Under the pieces are notes generated by a model. The model did not search any database and was not told the origin of the DNA. It saw only the letters and a list, made by a program, of their open reading frames with translations. From a virus, in IMG/VR virus record IMGVR_UViG_3300046003_007336, positions 96,001-160,000 of that record: DNA of 64,000 nucleotides. One strand, given 5' to 3'. This document shows positions 56,132 through 63,864 of the stretch, in pieces (positions within the stretch are counted from its first letter, which is position 1; each line of letters starts with the position of its first letter). A program made the translations under genes and the position numbers.

Positions 56132-57042
56132 AACCGACCCAAGGCGTCGATGGCGAGCGGGATGTCTCCCCAGATCGCGGCGGCCTTGTCGCCATAGAAA
56201 TAGTCCGGCTGCCCGGAATCGCGCTTTTTCTGAAGAGCACGAAGGTTGTTGTGCATGGTGTTCTTGAGACTGTGGAAGCCGAACATGAACTCCTCCAGAC
56301 CCTGCACGTCTCCAGCGGCCTTGAGTTCCTTGATGCGCGGCACCGCATTGCGGACGTCTTCCATCTTGAAGTCGCCCATGATGAGGAAGCCCAAACTGGA
56401 AAATGTTTTGATCACATTCAGCGACGCCATGAAGGCCGCGTTGACGGCCGATTTCTTCTCGGGATTGTCGCGGGCCATGCGGAGGGCCGTAGCGGCTTCC
56501 TTGTAGGACGCCAGGATGGCCTTGCCGATGGGGGCGAGTTGTCCGGGCTCGACAGTGATCTTGCCGCCAGACTCGACGAAGTCCCGCATCGATATTGCGG
56601 TGCGGGGCGTCATCCGGGCGCCTTCCAGGACACCGTTCTTGCCCCCGTAGGCGAGCCACTTCGCGATCACGTTCAAGTAATCGGGCACCTCATCCATGGA
56701 GTTGATGTAGTTGCCGCCATAGAAAATCGGGATGAAGTCTCTGACGACGATGCCGGGGTTCTTGCGGGCCAACCCATGCAGGGTGTCGAAGCCCATGTGG
56801 TGCTCATCGGAGCGCGCGATGGGGATGATGTGGTTCGACGTCTTCGAGATCATCGTGTAGCCGACCTCACCCATAGTTCCCGGCTTTGCGTCGCCATCCC
56901 CCATGGAGTTGCCATCGTAGACGTAGACGCGCCACCGCTCGACGTCCGCGAGGCTATCGGTGATCTGATATTTCTTCGGGTCCAGCGCAGGGTGGAGTTG
57001 GAACGGCTGGATGGATTCGACGAGGGTGATCAGATTGCGCAT
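56128..57042 (-). CDS. Late hypothetical protein, possible head-internal protein
   Basis: TAAATA (57047-57052) 4 nt before ATG 57042; N-terminus MRNLITLVES. Confidence 0.85.
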   Translation of the reverse strand: MRNLITLVESIQPFQLHPALDPKKYQITDSLADVERWRVYVYDGNSMGDGDAKPGTMGEVGYTMISKTSNHIIPIARSDEHHMGFDTLHGLARKNPGIVVRDFIPIFYGGNYINSMDEVPDYLNVIAKWLAYGGKNGVLEGARMTPRTAISMRDFVESGGKITVEPGQLAPIGKAILASYKEAATALRMARDNPEKKSAVNAAFMASLNVIKTFSSLGFLIMGDFKMEDVRNAVPRIKELKAAGDVQGLEEFMFGFHSLKNTMHNNLRALQKKRDSGQPDYFYGDKAAAIWGDIPLAIDALGRF

Positions 57043-57065
57043 CGGATATTTAGCCCTCAAATTCT

Positions 57066-57467
57066 CTAAGCATCACGGACCTCGGGGAATCGGAGACGGA
57101 ACTCCACCCCGGCACGAGCTTTCTCGAAAGCGACCAGGATTTTTCCTTGCCTCGGGCACAGGATGACTGTCCAGCGACCGAGTTCCAGATCGTCTGCAAT
57201 GATTTCGAGAATGGCCTGAACGACCATCTCAACATCGTCATCGCGATACTCAATGAAGGCTTCGAGTTCGAACACGACCTTGATGGCCTTGACGACTCGT
57301 TCGGGCGTGGCCGCGAACACGCTGCCACAATAGTCGAGATAGCCAGTGGCGGTAAGTTCCGCCCGCCGTTGATTGGCAACCCCCCACCGGCCCTGTAGGA
57401 GGCCGTGCGGGAACTGCGGAACTTTTTCGCTGATTTCCGACGCGGTTTCGAGGGAACGGAGATGCAT
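57066..57467 (-). CDS. Hypothetical protein, F-x4-D motif family variant
   Basis: TGATG overlap; FEKARAGVEFRLRFPE. Confidence 0.65.
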   Translation of the reverse strand: MHLRSLETASEISEKVPQFPHGLLQGRWGVANQRRAELTATGYLDYCGSVFAATPERVVKAIKVVFELEAFIEYRDDDVEMVVQAILEIIADDLELGRWTVILCPRQGKILVAFEKARAGVEFRLRFPEVRDA

Positions 57468-57862
57468 CAAACAATCCCCGTGTGCGTCGGTCCCGAATAG
57501 AGGAGCATGAATTTGGCGATGTCTTCTTTGTTCGTGAAGCACACGCCCCAGGACATGCCGAGGCTGACGCCCCGCACGGAGGTCCACGGCCCGTCGAAGG
57601 GGTCGTCCTTCAGGTATTCGATGAGGTCTTCAACGGCACCGAGACATTCCAGGAGGCTGTCGATCAGGGCTGCATGCCGATATCCGCGTTTGGCCATGGC
57701 GACCATCTGGACGGCAGCTTGGTCGCCATTCAGATATTCGAAAATGCTGGCTGGCGGCGAATAGCCGGGGAGATGGGAGAACTGATAGACGCCGTTGGAC
57801 GAATATCCGCCAGTCATGACGAGATGGAGTTTGTCGATCTTGACGCCAGCGTTACTTTCCAT
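57467..57862 (-). CDS. Hypothetical protein, F-x4-D motif family
   Basis: FTNKEDIAKFMLLY. Confidence 0.7.
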   Translation of the reverse strand: MESNAGVKIDKLHLVMTGGYSSNGVYQFSHLPGYSPPASIFEYLNGDQAAVQMVAMAKRGYRHAALIDSLLECLGAVEDLIEYLKDDPFDGPWTSVRGVSLGMSWGVCFTNKEDIAKFMLLYSGPTHTGIV

Positions 57863-58232
57863 ACCAGCACCAGCGGGGCTCAATGGCGAGGAAGGCGTAG
57901 GGGTCATTGGCGACGTGCCCCCACGCCTCGTTGTAGGCCCGGAAGCCCTTCTCCTCGGTGATGTCGGAATCGTTGAAATCGTTTTCGGGGTACTCGATAT
58001 CCTGGAGCCAGGACAGGATGGAATCTGCCGCAGTCTCTGGGGTATCGAGTGGATAGGGGAAGGGCTCGGCGGTCTTGCTGTCGGTCCAGAACAAGATCAG
58101 CCGTGCAGGCTTGCCTTCGCGCTCCTCGACACGAAAATGCGTTGCGCGGCGGTGCTGGCCGAGCATAATCTGCATCACCGAGACGAGGTCTCGGCGACTA
58201 CGCGTCCCAATATCGATGGAGAAGTTGTCCAT
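57852..58232 (-). CDS. Hypothetical protein
   Basis: TGATG overlap. Confidence 0.75.
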   Translation of the reverse strand: MDNFSIDIGTRSRRDLVSVMQIMLGQHRRATHFRVEEREGKPARLILFWTDSKTAEPFPYPLDTPETAADSILSWLQDIEYPENDFNDSDITEEKGFRAYNEAWGHVANDPYAFLAIEPRWCWYGK

Positions 58233-58633
58233 CAGCGAACCCGCTTGGACGGCTGGCCGGGCAGAATCATGGCGCCGCCACTCGCGCGACAATCGTCGGC
58301 GAAGCTCAGACGGGCGTCACCGTCGATTTCCTCGACGACCGGGAAGGGACCCACGTTGGGTTCCTTGGCGGCCTTCTTGGTCGTCTCGTCGATCTGACGC
58401 ACGTAGTCGCCCACGGACTGCCCCTGAACGGTGCAGAACCATTGGACGGGCGGCTGGCCTTTCTGGGGCGGGGTGTTGTGGTTGTCGAACCAGTAGTCGA
58501 GGATGCGTTCGGCGTCCTCGCGGTCCTGCCAGCCGGTCGCGCGTTCGATCTTCACCCAACCCGCGCCGTCGTAGGCGTCCTTGGGACGATATCCATCATA
58601 GTAGAAGGCGCGGCCGAGGCGAATGACGAACAT
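58232..58633 (-). CDS. Hypothetical protein
   Basis: TGATG overlaps on both sides. Confidence 0.75.
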   Translation of the reverse strand: MFVIRLGRAFYYDGYRPKDAYDGAGWVKIERATGWQDREDAERILDYWFDNHNTPPQKGQPPVQWFCTVQGQSVGDYVRQIDETTKKAAKEPNVGPFPVVEEIDGDARLSFADDCRASGGAMILPGQPSKRVR

Positions 58634-59370
58634 CAGAGCACACCCTGGCTGACCACGACCATGCGGTCGATGCCGAAGGCGACCTCGAAGACCCGGTTGG
58701 GTTTCTGGCCGGGGATGTCAGGGAAGTCGGTGCGGATGGAGGTCGAGGCGACTTCCTTCCATTCCGGGGTGCCGGTCGTGGGCGACGTCCACAGGACTTC
58801 GATGTCGATGGTCTCCGTGGAATACGAGGGCAGGCGGTCGCTCGGAACCAGCCGGGTTTCCAGACCGGTCAGCTTGGCGACCACGGGCACGAGCGCATCA
58901 CGAACGGTCTGCGGGATGGGCGCCATGGTGTTCTCGCCGTAGATGCACTGGAACTCCAACTGGTAGAAGGAATTGAAGCGCAGCTTGGCCGCCGTCGCGC
59001 CGTCCGAGCGTTCCTGCCGGAAGCTCTGGCCCATGGTGTAGACGCAGAAAGGCGGCTTGGCGTTGGTGGACCGGAAGAGTTCGACCGCCATCAGGTAGGA
59101 GCCCATCGTGGTCTCAGCCCGCAGGGCGTAATCCTGGCCTGCGATCTGGTCACGGAGCACGAAGACGTCGTCGTCGGCGTAGGCTGCGGACATGAGGCTG
59201 CGCGGCATGAGGACCGGAGTGTCGGTCTCCTCGAAACGCCACATCTGGTTCATGTCCAGCAGGGTCTTCTGCACGCAGCCGACCAGCGAGGACTTGATGA
59301 TTTCGCGGAGGCGAATCTCGTGGTCACGCCATGAGCGAAGCGCGGTCGTATCGTAGGGGGCGGATGACAT
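58633..59370 (-). CDS. Glycyl-tRNA-synthetase-like class II catalytic core, truncated
   Basis: LRAETTMG, motif 2 GQSFRQE...FYQLE, LPSYS.ET.DIEV, EVAS...RTDF, motif 3 EVAFGIDR. Confidence 0.8.
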   Translation of the reverse strand: MSSAPYDTTALRSWRDHEIRLREIIKSSLVGCVQKTLLDMNQMWRFEETDTPVLMPRSLMSAAYADDDVFVLRDQIAGQDYALRAETTMGSYLMAVELFRSTNAKPPFCVYTMGQSFRQERSDGATAAKLRFNSFYQLEFQCIYGENTMAPIPQTVRDALVPVVAKLTGLETRLVPSDRLPSYSTETIDIEVLWTSPTTGTPEWKEVASTSIRTDFPDIPGQKPNRVFEVAFGIDRMVVVSQGVL

Positions 59371-59396
59371 GGTGGGCTCTCTCTAAAGGTCCCGCC

Positions 59397-59424
59397 ACCA
59401 TAGTGGGAATGATTATTTCGTCAA
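59397..59424 (-). promoter_or_regulatory. Host sigma70-type promoter
   Basis: TTGACG-N16-TATGGT upstream of the GlyRS-like gene. Confidence 0.65.
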
Positions 59425-59811
59425 TCAAAAAAAGTCTGTCTTGTCATCGCCGAAGCGAAGCTTAAACGCCATCATGTCACGCTCTCTGGAGAACTTGATC
59501 TCCACTCTACAGTATTGACTGGGAGGAAAAGTGGCCCAAAGGGATTTCTGCCTTGCGCAGTTAGCATTCATCCAGACCCGTCCGGTGCAGTTCCGGTTCG
59601 CGAACGCGATCATGCATTCACCATCTCGGTCGAACTGGTAATATTCCTGAACGAGAGGATAGGTGTCGAAATCATATTGGAGGATGAAACGGGGTTTCTC
59701 CAATAGAGACGATATTGCTCCCCGAAAGGTGAGGCAAATCTCGACGGCGTAGAGGATTTTGTCTCCTCTCTGCCCCGAACTATCCGCCCAGGTTCGCCGA
59801 ACGACCTTCAT
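59425..59811 (-). CDS. Hypothetical protein, F-x4-D motif family
   Basis: FSRERDMMAFKLRF. Confidence 0.7.
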   Translation of the reverse strand: MKVVRRTWADSSGQRGDKILYAVEICLTFRGAISSLLEKPRFILQYDFDTYPLVQEYYQFDRDGECMIAFANRNCTGRVWMNANCARQKSLWATFPPSQYCRVEIKFSRERDMMAFKLRFGDDKTDFF

Positions 59812-60119
59812 CGCGGCGCCGGGGTGGTCCAGTCATGGAAACGAATGGCGGCGCGGTAGAATCGCAGCCACGCCAGCACCTGCATGACAGGGTGGCCGAT
59901 GAGATTGTGGACTGCCCACGCGTGCTTGGGCCAGTTGAGGCGGCGTCCTTCCAAGGCGGAGGGCTTGAGGAGCATGACGGTCTCAATGGCATCGTTGCCC
60001 TCGGCGACGTGACGCGCCCCCGACTTGGTGACGATCTCCACGCGCGCGAGACCGGTCTCGGGGAGGATGACCTCCGCGATCTCGTCCGGTGCAAGCAGGT
60101 GGAGACCGGCCTTGATCAT
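59808..60119 (-). CDS. Hypothetical protein
   Basis: TGATG and ATGA overlaps. Confidence 0.7.
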   Translation of the reverse strand: MIKAGLHLLAPDEIAEVILPETGLARVEIVTKSGARHVAEGNDAIETVMLLKPSALEGRRLNWPKHAWAVHNLIGHPVMQVLAWLRFYRAAIRFHDWTTPAPR

Positions 60120-60367
60120 CAGAAAATCAGGTCGAGAATCGAACCGATAACAAACAGGATGAGGCCGAGCACGCCAAGTTTGGCCTGAAGATCGAACGGA
60201 TTGTTGGTGCCGGGCTTGAACGGGCGAAGCATTCCGTAGATGCCGAAACCAATGCTGGCCAGCAAGGCGAGCACGGCCAGGATGTTTGCCCCCAAGAGGA
60301 GGAGTGCTCCGGCAAAAACGATCAGGCCGAGCGAGATCATTTTTTCTTTGTTGGTTGCGATTTGCAT
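60119..60367 (-). CDS. Small multi-pass membrane protein (holin candidate)
   Basis: Up to three hydrophobic segments in 82 aa; coupled to a late gene. Confidence 0.65.
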   Translation of the reverse strand: MQIATNKEKMISLGLIVFAGALLLLGANILAVLALLASIGFGIYGMLRPFKPGTNNPFDLQAKLGVLGLILFVIGSILDLIF

Positions 60368-60582
60368 CAGTCGGGTTCTTCCAATTTGACGGTGACGGGT
60401 TCGAAGTTTTCCTGGCCGAGAGTTTCGAGCCAGTGCGTAACGGTGTCGGGAACCGACAACAAGACGGCTTTCTGGAACGGTTGATTGGGCCGCCCTCCCT
60501 TTCCCACGTAGGTTCCTGGGATGAGAGAACCATCGCGGCCTCTGCCTTTGCAACGTAGAACGACGAATTCTTGAGTGGCCAT
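60367..60582 (-). CDS. Late hypothetical protein
   Basis: TAAATA (60588-60593) 5 nt before ATG. Confidence 0.7.
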   Translation of the reverse strand: MATQEFVVLRCKGRGRDGSLIPGTYVGKGGRPNQPFQKAVLLSVPDTVTHWLETLGQENFEPVTVKLEEPD

Positions 60583-60664
60583 GCTGCTATTTAACTTACG
60601 GTAGCGGACGCAAGGGTCTCAAGGAAGATCAGGGCCTCTTCCCGCATGGCTTCGTGGTTGGTCG

Positions 60665-61984
60665 TCACGCGACCAGACCACCCGTCTTGGCCGACAGATC
60701 GAAGTGCGTTTCGATGAAGGCGATCACTTCCAGCGCGGGCGTCGAGCGCGAGAACACGATGTTGGGGCCGTGCTCATCCAGCATGACGGCCTTGATGCCC
60801 GGTGCGACCTTCTGGAGGCCCCGTGAGGTGGCTTGGCCGCATTGGTGGCTGCCGCACTCGTTAGGCCTCTGATCGACGTGTGAGAGGACTTCTGACGCAC
60901 CATCACGGGGTGGGCAGTGGAAATGCACGATGCACTCGGCCTCGGGGTGCTCGCGGAAGATCACCCGCTGAGACTGGCCGCCGACGCTGGGCTTGCCGCC
61001 GTGGGCGATCACTTTCTCGTCCCCGTATTCGACCAGGATGAGGCCTTCCTCGGGAAGCTTGTTGAAGTCGCGCTTGCGGCGCGATGTCAGGATGGAGCCG
61101 TCGTCGATCTTGGCGGCGAAGTGGCCCACCGTCGCGCCCCGGAAGGGCTTATAGGCGCCACGCACGATGCAGTGATTGACGACCTCGCGGAGGTTCTCGG
61201 GCACACGGGGGTCACCCCACGCCACAGGCGGACCATCGACGACGGTCGAGCGCGTGAAAGTGTTGGTCGAGCGCGAGAGCAGCATTTCGACCAAGCCGTC
61301 GAGGCACTCGTTTCGGTCATGCGTCTGGAAGTGACGCGATTCCTCGGGTGTCACGACCATGTTGAGGCGCGTCACCGTGTCGTTGGCCAGCACCAGATTG
61401 GCGGAGTTGGCCTTGAGGAGATGGAGCCCGGCCGCATACTGTTCGTCCGGCGTCGCCCCCGTCGTGGTCTTGAAGGCGACGAGGAAGATGTCCTTCCGCT
61501 CCTTGCGGATGCGCGAGATCAGCTTGTCGGCGGGGTCGAGGGCCATCCATCGACTGCCTTCACTGGTTTTCAGCCTCTCCTCATGGGAGCCAGAATTCGT
61601 CCTATCCCAAAGGTAGGTTGACGGCGGCTGTGCCGTCTTCATCACCACACCGTCGTAGTCGCACAGGGCGGCGTTCATGATAATGACGCGGGTCTCGGGG
61701 TCAGCGATCAGCCCATCCACGAGATCACTGACATCCTGGTTGGTGACCAGACTGCTCGTGTGATCGGCCATCTTGGTCAGATGTAGGGTGACCTCGCGCT
61801 CGGCCTGCTCTTCAAGCACGGTCGCGTAGGTGTTCGAAATCGCGCGACCTTCGCGCGCCGCTTCCACCATGGTGTTGATGATGACGCGTTCGAGATAACG
61901 GGCCGTTCCGCCGAATGCCGGAGCCGCCAGAGCGAGGTGGTTGCGAACGTGGGAGAAAGTCCCACCGCCGATGACGTGTATCAT
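60665..61984 (-). CDS. CoaB-like (phosphopantothenate-cysteine ligase fold) plus class II aldolase-like fusion
   Basis: IIMNAALCDY, FLVAFKTT, NLVLAND CoaB-type motifs; C-terminal KPSV...FREHPEAECIVHFH aldolase II/adducin-type motif. Confidence 0.7.
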   Translation of the reverse strand: MIHVIGGGTFSHVRNHLALAAPAFGGTARYLERVIINTMVEAAREGRAISNTYATVLEEQAEREVTLHLTKMADHTSSLVTNQDVSDLVDGLIADPETRVIIMNAALCDYDGVVMKTAQPPSTYLWDRTNSGSHEERLKTSEGSRWMALDPADKLISRIRKERKDIFLVAFKTTTGATPDEQYAAGLHLLKANSANLVLANDTVTRLNMVVTPEESRHFQTHDRNECLDGLVEMLLSRSTNTFTRSTVVDGPPVAWGDPRVPENLREVVNHCIVRGAYKPFRGATVGHFAAKIDDGSILTSRRKRDFNKLPEEGLILVEYGDEKVIAHGGKPSVGGQSQRVIFREHPEAECIVHFHCPPRDGASEVLSHVDQRPNECGSHQCGQATSRGLQKVAPGIKAVMLDEHGPNIVFSRSTPALEVIAFIETHFDLSAKTGGLVA

Positions 61985-62229
61985 TGCTCGGTCTCGATGA
62001 AAGGGGCGGGTTGGTCGTTTTTGTGGAGGATTTCGGCTTCGAGGTTGTCCTCGTGATAGCCCATGCCGGTTTTCTTCTCGGAGTCGATGCGGACATAGTG
62101 GCCCACAGGGACTTCGCCCTTCGCGGTGATCATCTTCGCGTCGGTGGGGTCACACGGGTTCGAGACCACGCAGACGCCGAGGTCGAGTTGATGTCGGACG
62201 AGAACCCGATCACCTTTGGCGAACTTCAT
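61981..62229 (-). CDS. Small SH3/KOW-like hypothetical protein
   Basis: MKFAKGDRVLVR...G.CVV. Confidence 0.7.
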   Translation of the reverse strand: MKFAKGDRVLVRHQLDLGVCVVSNPCDPTDAKMITAKGEVPVGHYVRIDSEKKTGMGYHEDNLEAEILHKNDQPAPFIETEQ

Positions 62230-62690
62230 TTTTCCTGCTCCTTCAAGGCGGCCTCAAGGGCGCGCTGAAGCACCTCGGGTGGAACAGCGAAACCATCCCG
62301 AGACAGTGACGCCATCATGGCCGCGACCGGAGCTTCGACGACCGGCTCAACGTAAATTTCCGCGTCAATGCTGAACGAGGCGCCCTTCACTGAGCAGGAA
62401 CCGTTCTCGATAGTGGCCGTGACATTGACGACGCTGCACGACCGAATGGACAGCGGGTTGCCCAACCGGTCCAGAATAGCGTTGATGTCATCCCGCAGAC
62501 AGAAAGGCCACGCGTGATCGCTCGTCGCCACGACGTCGCCGGTATGCTCACCGGGGACGACACCGACTTTGTTCTCGTCGGCGAACATGACGATCAAGTT
62601 CGAGTCGGCGGCCCACGTCCAGACAACGTAGTCCCAGCCGTTCTTGCGCGCCAGTTTCTCGACTGCCTTGAGGTTCGGGACTTCGGTCAT
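62226..62690 (-). CDS. Hypothetical protein
   Basis: Overlap chain. Confidence 0.7.
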   Translation of the reverse strand: MTEVPNLKAVEKLARKNGWDYVVWTWAADSNLIVMFADENKVGVVPGEHTGDVVATSDHAWPFCLRDDINAILDRLGNPLSIRSCSVVNVTATIENGSCSVKGASFSIDAEIYVEPVVEAPVAAMMASLSRDGFAVPPEVLQRALEAALKEQEK

Positions 62691-62977
62691 CAGTTCTCGA
62701 TCAGCCACGCGTCTTCCGTGCCCTGCGGGTTGGCCAGGAAGGAATCACAGTCTTCGGAGTTGGCGAACTCCGTCATTTCGGCCAGCCACCTCTTCTCGTT
62801 GAGGCCGGAGAAATATTTGGCGCAACTCGGGTCAACCTCGACCCTGATCTTGCCGTTGTGGACCGTACAGGCGAACATCACGCCTTCCAGCAGGGTGTCC
62901 CCTACGGAGTAGCCGTCCAGAAAGGCGACGTCGATCTCGGTCGGGGCGTCCTCGTCTCCCTTGACGAAAACCTTCAT
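62690..62977 (-). CDS. Hypothetical protein
   Basis: ATGA overlap. Confidence 0.75.
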   Translation of the reverse strand: MKVFVKGDEDAPTEIDVAFLDGYSVGDTLLEGVMFACTVHNGKIRVEVDPSCAKYFSGLNEKRWLAEMTEFANSEDCDSFLANPQGTEDAWLIEN

Positions 62978-63378
62978 GCGCTGGCCTCCAGCTTGTCCTC
63001 ACCGGCCTCCAGCTTGGCCCACTGAGCGGCCTCCACGGCTTCATATTCATCCTCGGTCAGGATGGAGGTCTCGCCGACCTCGAAGCCGAAGTCGCGGAAA
63101 ACCTGGGCCCATTTTTCGAACAGTTCGTCCTGTTTCTCGACGGTGACGTCCATTGAGCCGAAGCCGAGGATTTCGAACTGAGGATTGAAGGCGACTTCGT
63201 GGCGGCCATACTGGTCTTCCAAGGCCGCCCGGTGGATGAACTGGTCGGATTCCAGAGCGGCCTCAAAGGCGTCAAACTGCGCCTCGGTGCCATCGACTGA
63301 CAAGACGAAGATGCGATGAACATCGTTTTCTGCGTGGTCTGAGAAGGCGACGAACCCGAAGGTGAACAGTTTGCGCAT
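62974..63378 (-). CDS. Hypothetical acidic protein
   Basis: TGATG overlap. Confidence 0.75.
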   Translation of the reverse strand: MRKLFTFGFVAFSDHAENDVHRIFVLSVDGTEAQFDAFEAALESDQFIHRAALEDQYGRHEVAFNPQFEILGFGSMDVTVEKQDELFEKWAQVFRDFGFEVGETSILTEDEYEAVEAAQWAKLEAGEDKLEASA

Positions 63379-63821
63379 CAGCGGTTTCCTTTTGCGGACG
63401 ATTTGGCGAGCTTGTGTCCGGCGACGAAGCGGCGGCTCTCGGCCATGAGTTCCTGGTCGAGCGCGCTGGTCTTCGGGTTCGAATAGACGGTCTCGTTGTC
63501 CTTCAGCTTCTTCTTCAGGACGGCGAGTTCATCGCCCTTTTCGAGGATGACCCGAAGGCTGGCCACGAGGGCTTCACGGGTGACCGGGATGCCGGGCTCG
63601 GTCTGGTCGGGGTCCTCGTTATACATGCGCGTGAAGGCGATGCTGGACCCGCGCACGAGTTCACGGATGTCGCGGATGTCGTCCTCATAGGCGTTCAACC
63701 ACCGCTCCAGTTCGCGGTCGAGGTGGCCACCATCGCCCGAGGCCATGTCGGCGATGTTCAGCATCGCGGCAACCATGTTCTCTTCGCGAGTGAGGAAGAA
63801 ATATTTCACGAGTTTCTCCAA
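63378..63821 (-). CDS. Hypothetical protein
   Basis: First gene after a promoter; start uncertain. Confidence 0.75.
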   Translation of the reverse strand: MEKLVKYFFLTREENMVAAMLNIADMASGDGGHLDRELERWLNAYEDDIRDIRELVRGSSIAFTRMYNEDPDQTEPGIPVTREALVASLRVILEKGDELAVLKKKLKDNETVYSNPKTSALDQELMAESRRFVAGHKLAKSSAKGNR

Positions 63822-63836
63822 GGGATTTGGTTTACG

Positions 63837-63864
63837 AATATAACGGGCTTTGTCGTTCTGGCAA
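63837..63864 (-). promoter_or_regulatory. Host sigma70-type promoter
   Basis: TTGCCA-N16-TATATT. Confidence 0.6.

Noticed and set aside
57050-57379. 109-aa ORF-track call
   Set aside because: The overlapping frame 57066-57467 has a coupled start, better codon use and the family motif.
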